Positions 31,229 through 41,478 are shown, counted from the stretch's first letter. The stretch is DNA of 64,000 nt from an uncultured delta proteobacterium (GCA_963735595.1 CAVTLK010000003.1:32001-96000), one strand, 5' to 3'. Numbers and translations: made by a program. Notes: a model not told the origin generated them from the letters alone.

Positions 31229-32545
31229 ATGAAAAAGAAGGTCATCATCCTGGGCGCGGCGGGCAGGGATTTTCACAATTTTAACGTCAGGTTCCGGGAT
31301 AATGAGAAGTACGAAGTCGTGGCCTTCACGGCCACGCAGATACCCAACATCGAGGGGAGGGTCTACCCGCCGGAGCTTTCCGGACGGCTCTACCCTAAGG
31401 GGATCCCGATCTTTGCCGAGGACGAGCTTGAGCGGCTCATCGAGCGGTTCACGGTTGACGCGGCGGTCTTCTCCTATTCGGATGTCACCCACAACCACGT
31501 GATGCACCTGGGCTCCCGGATCGTCGCGTCCCGGGCGGATTTTCTGCTGCTGTCGGCCCAGAGCACGATGATCAAATCGACCAAGCCGGTCATCGCGGTG
31601 ACGGCCATACGCACCGGCAGCGGCAAGAGCCAGACCACGCGCAAGGTCTGCCAGACCCTTCGGGAGATGGGAAAGCGGGTCGTGGCGGTGCGCCACCCCA
31701 TGCCCTACGGCGACCTGAAGAAACAGATCGTCCAGCGTTTCGGCGACTATAAGGATTTCGACATCCACGGCGTCACCATCGAGGAGCGGGAGGAATACGA
31801 ACCGCTGGTCGAGATGGGCATTGTTGTCTACGCGGGCGTCGACTATGAAAAGATCCTGAGGGCCGCGGAGAAAGAGGCCGACGTCGTCATCTGGGACGGC
31901 GGCAATAACGACACCTCGTTTTTCGCGCCGGACCTCTCTATCGTGGTGTTTGACCCGCACCGCGCCGGCCACGAGCTCCTCTATCATCCCGGCGAGGTCA
32001 ACCTGATGCTCGCCGACGTGGCGCTGATCAACAAGGTCGATACGGCCACGAAGGAAAACATCGATATCGTGCACGCCAACATTACGCGGATCAACCCGAA
32101 GGCCACGGTCGTCATGGCGAACTCGCCGGTAACGGTGGCGGACCCCGGCTCGGTCAAGGGCAAGCGCGTCCTGGTGGTGGAGGACGGCCCCACGCTCACG
32201 CACGGCGAGATGAAATTTGGCGCGGGCGTTATCGCCGCGCGCGCATTCGGGGCGGCGTCTCTTGTTGACCCCAAGGCCGCGGCCGTGGGTTCCATCAAGG
32301 CGACCTTTGCCAAGTACCCCCACATAGAGGGGCTGCTCCCGGCAATCGGCTACGGGGAAGCCCAGATGAAGGACCTTGCGGCCACGATCGACGCGGTGGA
32401 CTGTGACCTGGTGCTCTCGGCAACGCCGATTGACCTGTCCAAGGTCATCACGATCACCAAACCCCTCGTACGGGTGCGGTACGGATATGGGGACGCCGGC
32501 TCGCCGAAGCTGGGCGATATCATCGCAAAGCGTTTCGGCGCTTAA
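31229..32545 (+). CDS. arcE: Arginine synthetase-like P-loop enzyme (COG2403 / cyclic 2,3-DPG synthetase homologue)
   Basis: GAAGRDFHNFN, P-loop RTGSGKSQ, RHPMPYG, TIEEREEYEP, WDGGNND and EDGPTLTHG; adjacent to carbamate kinase. Confidence 0.8.
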   Translation: MKKKVIILGAAGRDFHNFNVRFRDNEKYEVVAFTATQIPNIEGRVYPPELSGRLYPKGIPIFAEDELERLIERFTVDAAVFSYSDVTHNHVMHLGSRIVASRADFLLLSAQSTMIKSTKPVIAVTAIRTGSGKSQTTRKVCQTLREMGKRVVAVRHPMPYGDLKKQIVQRFGDYKDFDIHGVTIEEREEYEPLVEMGIVVYAGVDYEKILRAAEKEADVVIWDGGNNDTSFFAPDLSIVVFDPHRAGHELLYHPGEVNLMLADVALINKVDTATKENIDIVHANITRINPKATVVMANSPVTVADPGSVKGKRVLVVEDGPTLTHGEMKFGAGVIAARAFGAASLVDPKAAAVGSIKATFAKYPHIEGLLPAIGYGEAQMKDLAATIDAVDCDLVLSATPIDLSKVITITKPLVRVRYGYGDAGSPKLGDIIAKRFGA

Positions 32546-32685
32546 GGAGTACGCCCCGGGATGCCGGATCGGCCGCCCCGGCGGGATAAAAAGGATAACG
32601 TAGTACCGGGGGAGCAGATTGGACTCCCCCGGCGCGTTTAATCGTCTTTTTCAGAACGAATAAAGGCCGAAGGGAGGGTGAGGGT

Positions 32686-33660
32686 ATGTCTGCTAACAAA
32701 ACATCCAGTGCGGCGGCTAGGACAGCGATAGTCGCCCTGGGGGGCAACGCCATCATCAAGGAGAAGGAGGCCGGGACCATCGCCCAGCAGTTCCGCAACA
32801 CCCGCCTGTCGCTCGTCGGTGTGGTGGGGCTGGTCAGGGAGGGATGGGACGTCCTGATCACGCACGGCAACGGCCCGCAGGTGGGAAACCGCCTCATCGC
32901 CACCGAGATGGCCCATACCATGGTGCCGGACATGCCGCTGGGGGTGCTCTGCGGCGATACGGAAGGGGCGATGGGCTACATGATCCAGCAGTCGCTGTAC
33001 AACAAGCTCATGTTTCACTCGATCAAAAAGCCGGTGGTCACGGTCATCACCCAGACGGTGGTGGACGCCGGGGACCTGTCGATCGGCCAGCCTACCAAAC
33101 CCGTCGGGCCGTTCTTTTCCAGGATAGAGGCCGAGAGGCTGACGCGGGACCGGGGGTGGCGTTTCATGGAGGATGCGGGGCGCGGCTTCCGGCAGGCGGT
33201 GCCGTCTCCCTACCCGCTCCAGATCGTGGAGATCGAGGTAATCGAGCGGCTCCTTGGCGAGGGTGTCATCGTGATTGCCATCGGCGGGGGAGGGATACCG
33301 GTCGTGCGCCAGCCGGACGGGACGCTGGAGGGCATCGACTGCATCATCGACAAGGACCTCGCCTCGAGCCTCGCCGCCCGGGTGCTTTCGGCGGACCTCT
33401 TCGTGATGGTTACCGGCGTCGATAAGGTCGCCATTAACTACCGGAAGCCCGACCAGGTTGACCTTGACCGGATGACCGTGGCGGAGGCCAGGCGCTACCA
33501 GGCCGAGGGACACTTCTTTGCCGGGAGCATGGGCCCCAAGATCAGGGCGGCCCTCGAATACCTGGAGGCGATGCCGAAGGGCCGCGTGGTCATCACCTCT
33601 CCCGAGGGCCTCAAGGAGGCCGTGGCGGGCAGGGGGGGGACGGTTATCGAGGCGGGGTGA
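32686..33660 (+). CDS. arcC: Carbamate kinase
   Basis: ALGGNA, THGNGPQVG, PTKPVGPF, GGGGIPV, IDKD and GSMGPK. Confidence 0.96.
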   Translation: MSANKTSSAAARTAIVALGGNAIIKEKEAGTIAQQFRNTRLSLVGVVGLVREGWDVLITHGNGPQVGNRLIATEMAHTMVPDMPLGVLCGDTEGAMGYMIQQSLYNKLMFHSIKKPVVTVITQTVVDAGDLSIGQPTKPVGPFFSRIEAERLTRDRGWRFMEDAGRGFRQAVPSPYPLQIVEIEVIERLLGEGVIVIAIGGGGIPVVRQPDGTLEGIDCIIDKDLASSLAARVLSADLFVMVTGVDKVAINYRKPDQVDLDRMTVAEARRYQAEGHFFAGSMGPKIRAALEYLEAMPKGRVVITSPEGLKEAVAGRGGTVIEAG

Positions 33661-33670
33661 GGTAAAGCGG

Positions 33671-33753
33671 GATTTTGGGGACACCATACTTAATTCATTA
33701 AAGCCTTTGGTTAAGCGGTGAAACACGGAATTAAGTATGGTGTCCCCAAAATC
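33671..33753. repeat. 26-bp perfect inverted repeat element, family C
   Basis: GATTTTGGGGACACCATACTTAATTC-N31-GAATTAAGTATGGTGTCCCCAAAATC. Confidence 0.8.
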
Positions 33754-33861
33754 GTTTGAAACGCTCCGTTTGCCTGCTATAATAGTGCTTAATCGTGCCG
33801 GAAACGGACGGCCCGTTCTCAGTGCCCCGCATGGCCCGACACTACCCGACGGGGAACGTCA

Positions 33862-34554
33862 ATGAAAGTCACCACGTTTGCCTGTAAACACTGCGGCGCG
33901 AGTGTCGACGTCCCGGATTCCCCAGGGACCGCGGCCTGTACCTACTGCGGGAGCAGTCACCGGGTATCGTTCGAGGACGGATCGGTCGTCGCCGAGCTGA
34001 CCGCGAAGGTAAACCGGCTCGATGAGGACGTCGCCCGCCTCAAGGGAAGGCCGCCCGCCCCCCAGGGCAGGCCGGGGCTGCGGGAGCGGCTGGCACTGAT
34101 CGAGGAGGGCAAGCGAAAATGGCACGAATATTTTTCGTCGGTCAAGGCGGGAAAAAGCAAAGACTCACCGGAGGCATTGGCCGTTTTTAACGAGGCGCAG
34201 GCCAAGCTCATCGGGGGATACGGCTCGGCAAGCGGGCCGCTCATTGAGGACGCGTACGGCGCAAAACTCCTCGGCGTAGATCCCCCCGCGGGCTACTCCT
34301 GTCTCTTCATGTTGCTGGCGGTGATTATTCTGTCGGCCGCGGTCGGGGGTATCTTCCTCTACGAAGGGAATGCGAAGAACGGAATTATACTCCTAGCGAT
34401 TGGTTTGGTTGGAATTGTCGCCGGTATCCCGTTCGTTATCGTGGGAATCCGTACGGACAAACGCGATATTGCAAAACGGAAAGAAGCGCTACAAAGGCTC
34501 GACGAAATCGAGCGCGAGATACGGCGGCGTGTGGCCGCCGGTCGGGAGAAATAG
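33862..34554 (+). CDS. Zn-ribbon membrane protein
   Basis: CKHCG...CTYCG, a coiled-coil-like stretch and two C-terminal TM helices. Confidence 0.7.
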   Translation: MKVTTFACKHCGASVDVPDSPGTAACTYCGSSHRVSFEDGSVVAELTAKVNRLDEDVARLKGRPPAPQGRPGLRERLALIEEGKRKWHEYFSSVKAGKSKDSPEALAVFNEAQAKLIGGYGSASGPLIEDAYGAKLLGVDPPAGYSCLFMLLAVIILSAAVGGIFLYEGNAKNGIILLAIGLVGIVAGIPFVIVGIRTDKRDIAKRKEALQRLDEIEREIRRRVAAGREK

Positions 34555-34580
34555 GCGCTTCATGTCCGCCGGCCGCTGCC

Positions 34581-35222
34581 TTACGGCCGGTGCATGACGA
34601 AGCGGCACATCGGGTCGCCCACGGCGATGCAGTGCGTCTCGGTGATCGTTATCGGCCGCCCCATGACCCACCGGGCGGTCCCGAATTGAAATCCTACCTG
34701 GGAGCTGCAGATCGGCTCACGCGTTTTCAGTCCGTTACAGTGGTTGCAGGGCGAGATCTCCAGGGCCACCCCCTCGGGGCACGGGTAGTATTTGAAGATA
34801 CTGCCCCATATCGGGACCGATGCGTCCACCATGATCCCGTAAATCCGCGCAAACTCCGCGAACCGATCGTCGGTGGTCGACGCCTCCGGGTTTTCGTCCT
34901 GGATATTGAAAAGAGACGGGAAGTTCTCCCGCATGTTGGCAAACGCCTTCACACCGCCCCGGAACATGATCGCCCGCGCGCCCCGCTCGCCGATAAGCTC
35001 GATGGTGCCGGCCAGAATCCGGGTATAGTCGCCGGTGCTGTGCACTTCGGCAAGGTCGTTCGGCGGATAGTTATCGATGAATTTCCGGAGGTCGGCATAG
35101 TTGAGGATCGACCGCAACCCGTTCTTGCCCATGATCTCCTCGGCGGTCACCAGGGCAAGGTAGAGCATCCGGTTTGGTATCTTCTGTTTGAGAGCCACGG
35201 CGCCGTCCTCCCGGATAGACAT
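34581..35222 (-). CDS. V4R domain protein (second copy)
   Basis: IMGKNGLRSIL, PCNHC...PICSSQVG and ETHCIAVGDPMCRF. Confidence 0.85.
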   Translation of the reverse strand: MSIREDGAVALKQKIPNRMLYLALVTAEEIMGKNGLRSILNYADLRKFIDNYPPNDLAEVHSTGDYTRILAGTIELIGERGARAIMFRGGVKAFANMRENFPSLFNIQDENPEASTTDDRFAEFARIYGIMVDASVPIWGSIFKYYPCPEGVALEISPCNHCNGLKTREPICSSQVGFQFGTARWVMGRPITITETHCIAVGDPMCRFVMHRP

Positions 35223-35408
35223 GATCTGCGTTCGGTCGTCGCTTCCTGTATAGTGTATCACGACGTATCGCGTAACACAACCGCTCGGCGTGCGCAGGCG
35301 CCCTGCGGGCCGTGGCGGCAAAAAGCGTCGGTAATGTGACCCATATCATTGAATCCTAAGTGCAGGACTATTATTATAAGGGCACATCTGAGAAAAGGAG
35401 GAACACTC

Positions 35409-35820
35409 ATGGGAGAAAGGAAGAACAGGTGGGGGAGGGTACTGCTCATGGCCGGGCTTGCCGTCCTCCTGTTTGGCTGCATGTACGGAAGTCCCTACGG
35501 CTACGGCGGTTATAGCGGCGATTACAGCAATCGCGGCTATGACGACTACTACGGGAACGGGGCAGTATGTTGACCCGGCCGCCGTGCTGTTCGGCCCCGC
35601 GGTGGGGGCGATCGAACACCTGCTGATAGGTCCGATCGTCGGCTCGCTGCTCGGCGGCACGATGGGCTACGGCTATGACCAGCCCTACTATCACGACCGG
35701 TACTACGACGACGACTATTACAGAAACGACCGTCGGTACGACCAGCGCTACGACGACCGGTACTACGACGACTACTACGACGACGACTACTACCGCTACG
35801 GCCCGTACAATCCCTATTAG
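35409..35820 (+). CDS. Small lipoprotein with a Gly-rich helix and a Tyr/Asp-rich tail; frameshift near 35560
   Basis: AGGAGG RBS, LLFGC lipobox and YYDDDYY repeats. Confidence 0.6.
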
Positions 35821-35891
35821 GCCCCTATGAGGAGGGGCACACCGGTTGACGCCGGGCACGCCGCCCGGCGCCCCACAAAACTGATGCACGG

Positions 35892-35921
35892 CAAACGGCA
35901 ACCCGAAAGGGTTGCCGTTTG
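35892..35921 (+). terminator. Hairpin, probable terminator
   Basis: CAAACGGCAACCC-gaaa-GGGTTGCCGTTTG. Confidence 0.6.
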
Positions 35922-36033
35922 TATGTTGAGGGGCAATAGGCGGTCGTGTCCCTGGGGGATGTAAGGCCGTGACGTGTTGGCATTTGCAGGGGCGGCTCGC
36001 AAGCCGCCCGTCCTCGTTTTTCGCCACTTCACC

Positions 36034-36214
36034 GTCATTGCGAGGAGCTTAAGCGACGAAGCAATCCCCTGACTGTCACCGTGAACAACGACCCGTTATT
36101 GCGAGGAGGCCCCATCGGGGCCGACGTGGCAATGCTTAACCCTGTCGCCTTTGGCGACGATTACTATTGTCATTGCGAGCCCACGGAGTGGGCGCGGCAA
36201 CCTGACTGTCACCG
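36034..36214 (+). repeat. Three tandem family A palindromic repeats
   Basis: GT(C/T)ATTGCGAG...GCAA units start at 36034, 36095 and 36169. Confidence 0.75.
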
Positions 36215-36363
36215 CGCCGCGTTCACCGTAGCGAATCCATCCTTCTAAATGCTTCACTATTGACAATATGGCCGGTTCTGTGGTACGGAAAAGGTGAAAC
36301 CGTGTCTCATCGTGGACGGCTCCAATCACTTGTTTCGATAAAACAACTCAATCGGGGAAGACA

Positions 36364-37608
36364 ATGTACCGGGATACCTTCCTGAAGGAGCTTTTCAGAG
36401 AAGAAGACCTGGCCCTTATAGAAATGGCCAGGCAATACACGCAGGACATGATCATGCCGGTGCGTCAGAAGATTGACGACGACACAGACCACGTCCTTGT
36501 TAGAGAGATACTGGAAAGCCTCGCGGGGCTCGGGTTCCTGAGGGCGGTCTGGCCCGAGGAGATCGGCGGGGGCGACATGAGCTCGGCCCTCACCTTCTGT
36601 ACCGCGCTGGAAGAGCTTGCCCGGGGCGACGCGGGCATCGCCGTGAGCCTCGGCATCAGCCTCGGGTGGATCTTCCTGCCGGCGGTCCGGGCGCGCAACG
36701 CGGCCGTCATTAACGACTTCGGGAAGCGCTGCTGCAACGACGAGCTTGTTACCGGGTGTTTTTGCATGACCGAGGCCGGCGGCCCCCAGGGGGGCGGCGG
36801 GTGCGACATCGAGAACGTCGCGCTTCGCGGGACGAAGATCAGGACGAGGGCGAGGCAAGACGGAGGCCGGTGGGTGCTCAACGGGGAGAAGATGTGGGCG
36901 TCAAATTCCGGTATCGCCGACCTCTACCTGATCGTTGCCACGACGGACCCGGCCGCGGGGGACGACGGTATCGCCCTGATATACGTGCCCGCCGGCACCG
37001 ACGGCCTTTCCTTCGGGAAATTCGAGAACAAGGCGGGCCTCCAGGCGGACAGGAACTGCCCGGTCTTTCTGGACGAAGTATCGGTCCCCGAGGGGTACCG
37101 CCTTTCCGGGCCCGGCGCGGACGCCGAGTACCTCCATACGAACCTCGCGGTCGGCAGGATAGCGAGCGCGGCGCTCTCCGTGGGGTGTGCGCAGGGGGCG
37201 TTCGAGGCGGTCCTCGAGTTTACGAAAGACCGGGCCGTGGGGGTCTCGGGCAAGCCCATCAGGCAGCACTCCATCGCGGCCGGCATGATAGCCGACATGG
37301 CCATCGGGATTGAGACCGCCCGCAACACGTATATAGCGGCGGCCTACAAATACGACCGGCCCGAGGAATACGGCGCCCATCACTCGGTCGCGCAGCTTTC
37401 CCGCGCGTCGCTGGCCAAGGTGTACGCCGCGGACGTAGCCGTGAGCGTTACGAACCGGGCCATGGAGCTGATGGGCTCCTACGGATACGTCAGGGAATAC
37501 GACGTGGAGAAATACTGGAGGGACTGCAAAATCATCCAGCTCTGGGAGGGCGGGGCGCAGCTGGGGAGGTTTGACGTCTGCCGGGGCTACTACGATCTCG
37601 AGATTTAG
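36364..37608 (+). CDS. Acyl-CoA dehydrogenase
   Basis: EELARGDAG, FCMTE, LNGEKMW, MGSYGYVREYDVEKYWRD and QLWEG. Confidence 0.93.
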   Translation: MYRDTFLKELFREEDLALIEMARQYTQDMIMPVRQKIDDDTDHVLVREILESLAGLGFLRAVWPEEIGGGDMSSALTFCTALEELARGDAGIAVSLGISLGWIFLPAVRARNAAVINDFGKRCCNDELVTGCFCMTEAGGPQGGGGCDIENVALRGTKIRTRARQDGGRWVLNGEKMWASNSGIADLYLIVATTDPAAGDDGIALIYVPAGTDGLSFGKFENKAGLQADRNCPVFLDEVSVPEGYRLSGPGADAEYLHTNLAVGRIASAALSVGCAQGAFEAVLEFTKDRAVGVSGKPIRQHSIAAGMIADMAIGIETARNTYIAAAYKYDRPEEYGAHHSVAQLSRASLAKVYAADVAVSVTNRAMELMGSYGYVREYDVEKYWRDCKIIQLWEGGAQLGRFDVCRGYYDLEI

Positions 37609-37615
37609 TATAAAT

Positions 37616-37691
37616 GAATTAAGGGGACATAATACTTAATTATGATCTTAAGAAATAGAAATGATAATTAAGTTTTGTGTCCCCTTAATTC
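37616..37691. repeat. Family C inverted-repeat element, second copy
   Basis: GAATTAAGGGGACATAATACTTAATTAT...ATAATTAAGTTTTGTGTCCCCTTAATTC. Confidence 0.7.
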
Positions 37692-37713
37692 CAAACCGCG
37701 AGCAGGGATTTCT

Positions 37714-38229
37714 ATGATCGATCGATCCCCGAAGCCTAACCCCCTCCCCGATGGAATTACGGTCCGGCACGACATCCGGCCGGGCGACCTGGGGGCGCTC
37801 GTGCGGCGGCACGGCCTCATCTACGCGGCCGAGTACGGCTACGACCACACCTTCGAGCCCTACGTGGCGGCCCCGATGGCCGAGTTCGTCCTCTCCGAAA
37901 ACGCGCGGCAGCGGATATGGATCGTGGAACACGAGGGCGAGATCGCGGGGTGCCTCGCCGTGGTGGAGGCCTCCGCCGACGAGGCCCAGCTCCGCTGGTT
38001 CCTGCTGGACCCGGAGATCCGGGGGCGGGGGGTCGGCCGGTACATGTTCGAAGACGCGCTCAGTTTCTGCCGGGCCGCCGGCTACCGACGGGCGTTTCTT
38101 TTGACAATCGACGTGCATACCGAGGCCGCCGCGCTCTACCGGTCGGTGGGGTTCAGGCTGACGGAGGAGCATCCCGCGGTGCTGTGGGGTGCGGAGCGGA
38201 TGGAGCAGCGGTACGAGATGGGGCTGTAG
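37714..38229 (+). CDS. GNAT N-acetyltransferase
   Basis: AQLRWFLLDPEIRGRGVG and AAALYRSVGF. Confidence 0.9.
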   Translation: MIDRSPKPNPLPDGITVRHDIRPGDLGALVRRHGLIYAAEYGYDHTFEPYVAAPMAEFVLSENARQRIWIVEHEGEIAGCLAVVEASADEAQLRWFLLDPEIRGRGVGRYMFEDALSFCRAAGYRRAFLLTIDVHTEAAALYRSVGFRLTEEHPAVLWGAERMEQRYEMGL

Positions 38230-38298
38230 GGGACGGGCGGAGGATAAACGAAAAACCGTGACGAACGGGGGCGCGGCCGGCCCGGGACTCTTTCCCCG

Positions 38299-38667
38299 TT
38301 AGCTCCAGCTCCCCTTATCTTCAAACACGAGCGTCAGCTTCATGCACTTGGGGCAGAGGAATTCGGTCCGGGGGAGCTTAAAGTGCCCGTCCCGGTTGGC
38401 GAGTTTCCAGGTGAAGAGATAGCCGTCTCCCTCGATCACCGGCGGGGGGGCGTACAGGGAAGGGTCGTCGTAGAAGGTCAGTCTCCCGTGGCATCCGGGG
38501 CAGAGCGTGGTGTCTTTCTTCAGGTAGTTGCGCACGAGGAACTCGTTGCAGTTGAGGCAGGCGGCCGGCGCGTTGCAGGTATCCGAGACGGTGATAAAAC
38601 CGCCGCCGGCAAATATTTCGCCGGTATCGAATCCGCATGCACAGAGGCCCCGGAGTATGTTTCCCAT
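38299..38667 (-). CDS. Small Cys-rich Zn-binding protein
   Basis: CACG, CLNC, CPGC and CPKC. Confidence 0.7.
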   Translation of the reverse strand: MGNILRGLCACGFDTGEIFAGGGFITVSDTCNAPAACLNCNEFLVRNYLKKDTTLCPGCHGRLTFYDDPSLYAPPPVIEGDGYLFTWKLANRDGHFKLPRTEFLCPKCMKLTLVFEDKGSWS

Positions 38668-38976
38668 TGTCAGCCGTCTCGATTGACCTGATTGACCTGT
38701 TTGATCAGTTGTGGCTCTCCGCCCCCCCGCGGGCGACGAGCCAAAAATACACGGACGATATTTATATATCAAAGATCGGGATGATGCTCAAGAAAAATTT
38801 ACTATTTTTTACGCGACTACGTGCGGGTGTAGGAACGGATACGCCCGGCTGCGGGGCTCCCGGAGTACTAGAGCAGGGGGTGTGGGCGAAGAACGGTACA
38901 AAATAAAAAAGGTTAAGGGGAAATTGGCTGTTATTTAGAACAATCCGTACTTTTTTTATTTTGCTATGGAGCGATA

Positions 38977-39853
38977 GTGAACAATATTCGTCCAGCCATC
39001 AGAACCGAATATGAAAGGTGGCGTGGTATTGTTGGTGAAGAAGAGCCATATCGGGGAGAATATGTTCTGGGAATAGAGAAGTCATAAAGGCTCATTTTCT
39101 CATAGCGGACTTTTTCGCGGACCAGCAAGGTCAAATCGGTTTGGTTGACCCTCGAGATATTAATCTACTTCATTCAGCAGAATCCCGCCAATTCGTCCAT
39201 TAGGAGGGACTGCAAGTGGAAACGGAATCGGAGTGATTGCCACGGCCCTCTACGGGCTTATTAAAAACCATCCATTTAATGATGGGAATAAAAGAACAGC
39301 GCTGCTTTCTGCACTTCATCATATACTAAAGTGCAATCTAACCCCGACAGTAAAACAAGTTGAATTCGAAAGGATTACTCTATCGGTTGCAGAAGGTTCG
39401 TTGGGTAAATATCGGCAATTCAAAGACGACACAAAGCGAGGAAAGTCAGATGCTGAGGTATTACTCCTTGCTAATTTTTTCAGACGATCAACTAGACAAG
39501 TTGATAAACGGTTCTATGCTATTACTTTTAATGACCTACAGACTATTCTAAATCGCCATGGATTTTACTTAGAGAATCCTCACGATAACCATATAGATGT
39601 TGTTAGATACGAGAATAGGATAGTCTTCAGGCCTTTTCCGAGGAAAGATAGAAGACCTTTTAAGGTCGCACGAAATCGGGTTTCCCAACTGGAAATCACA
39701 GTAGGTCAGGGGGCGATTAGTACGGTTCGTAAAGAAACAGGACTCACGCCTGAGAGGGGGTTTGACTCGCAAACGTTTTTCCGTGGCGTAGATGATTTAC
39801 AGGCGCTGATTGATAAATATAGTGGACCGCTCTCCCGACTCAAGGACAAGTAG
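38977..39853 (+). CDS. Doc-type Fic-family protein with a C-terminal extension; frameshifted 5' part
   Basis: NHPFNDGNKRTA; upstream frames give HFLIADFF and RDINLLHSA. Confidence 0.8.
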
Positions 39854-39930
39854 TGCTAATCTTAGTTGTTGCTAAAATCATGAAGAAGTAGTAAGGCTTT
39901 ACTTAAAAAGGGCATACGACAGAATATACC

Positions 39931-41371
39931 ATGGCGTTTTCGTTTTCTATGTTACCTGTAGCAGCAAAACAGGTTGTCAAGAGGAAGTTCAGCGACTTCT
40001 CGTTCTATACTCATCTTTTCCTTATGACAGGAGCCATCGGACTATTTCTGACTGGGGTTTTTGTATTTTTCTGTATCGTAACTAACCTTTTCACGGTGGC
40101 CATGGGCGCCGGGTCAGGCGTAAGACTCGAGGTAATAGTAAAAATACTTGCTTCCTTCGATAGAGCGTTGGTTTTCGTAGTGCTGATGGGTGTCGCGCTA
40201 TTTACGCTTTTCCTGATACTTCTGCTGCTTAGGTTATTTGAAGTATTCTCTGAGCTCCTTATCGGCGGACTGGCGACAAATTTCAATTACAAATTATGGT
40301 GTGATCACTGCGAATACGAAGCTAATACCGAGATCAAAAGAAAAGAGATTACGAATCGAATCGTCAAAGTCCTTTTTTACAGCAGCTCCATCTTTGCAGT
40401 AATGTTATTTGCCTTTATGAATAGTCACTTATTCAGTAATGGTAATACTGCTGAAATTCGAGGACTAATATACAATGGCAACCTTCATGAATATGTTGTT
40501 ACAATGATATATATTTTCCCGGTTATAGTTACGATTTCTATAACGACAATTTCGGCTTACGATTTCCTAACAAAATACATCCTTTTTAGGAAAAGCAAAA
40601 CTAAGAAAACCGATAGGTACTTCCTGTTTGGAGACGTAAGAATGAAGGAGAATTCCTACTATATTTTCTTGTCTGCGGTGATGATTCCTTTTTTCTTCTT
40701 TTGGGGACTGAACCTTATTAGTTACGTGCTCAGTTCTTTGTTTGAGATCCTACACAATAACATGTTTCAGATATACGTTATTGAAATATTACAGGAGAAT
40801 CCGTCTATATTAGGAGCACTTGATATAAGATACTCAATCCTACATAATACTTTAATGGCCTTTTCCAATAAGGAACTCGCTTTTTCGTTTAACATCGAAC
40901 CAGGAGATGCACAGCTAGTCCTCGACACAATGATTAGGACGGGGATGTTCATAATCCCAATCGTGGGGTATCTTCAGCATTATGGCACCATTGTTAATGG
41001 TCTATAAAGGAAAAGCCCTCACGTGGTTTATAGTACCGAGTATTACCAGTCTGGCATTAATGTATGCGGCTCTTTTTTACTTCAATAGGATTCTGGGCAT
41101 TGAAAGAACTGTATTTATCCTCTTATTAATGGCTATAATAGAGATCGTAATACATTACACTTACAGGATAAAAAATGAAAGAATTGACTGTAGGGAATTG
41201 GCTAAGATTCTGGGCGTCAATTATAATGGAGCGTTCCTTAAAAAGCTGGATGCAATAGAGAAGCTCCCGTACCAGTTTTCCGATCGAAAGAAAATGTTCT
41301 TTAGGGAGGAGGTCATAGATTTCTTCTATCAAAACAGAGGCGAATTGAAACGGTTAAAAAAAGAAGACTAG
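39931..41371 (+). CDS. Multi-TM membrane protein with C-terminal HTH-like domain (ORFs 39931-41007 and 40982-41371 are probably one frameshifted gene)
   Basis: The joined product is colinear with the intact paralog at 41479-42612. Confidence 0.65.
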
Positions 41372-41478
41372 CGATATTATAGACTATGGTATAAGAGTAT
41401 CGGTAAATCAGTTCTGACGTTCAGTTTTAAATAACATGTTGTCTATCAAACACGGAGTGTATTCCGCAAAAAATTAGT

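Noticed and set aside
31229..32545. Cyclic 2,3-diphosphoglycerate synthetase or generic GTPase
   Set aside because: The context (carbamate kinase, ornithine catabolism, amino acid permease) fits the ArcE branch better.
35886..35925. GGCAAAC...GAAA hairpin as a c-di-GMP-I riboswitch
   Set aside because: It is a perfect hairpin downstream of a gene and lacks the following GCAAAG/P3 element; a terminator is the simpler reading.
36034..36214. CRISPR array
   Set aside because: The repeats are internally variable and irregularly spaced, and there are no cas genes.
38780..38900. tRNA or att site at the left edge of the AT-rich islet
   Set aside because: No cloverleaf or T-loop motif, and no matching direct repeat at the right edge.
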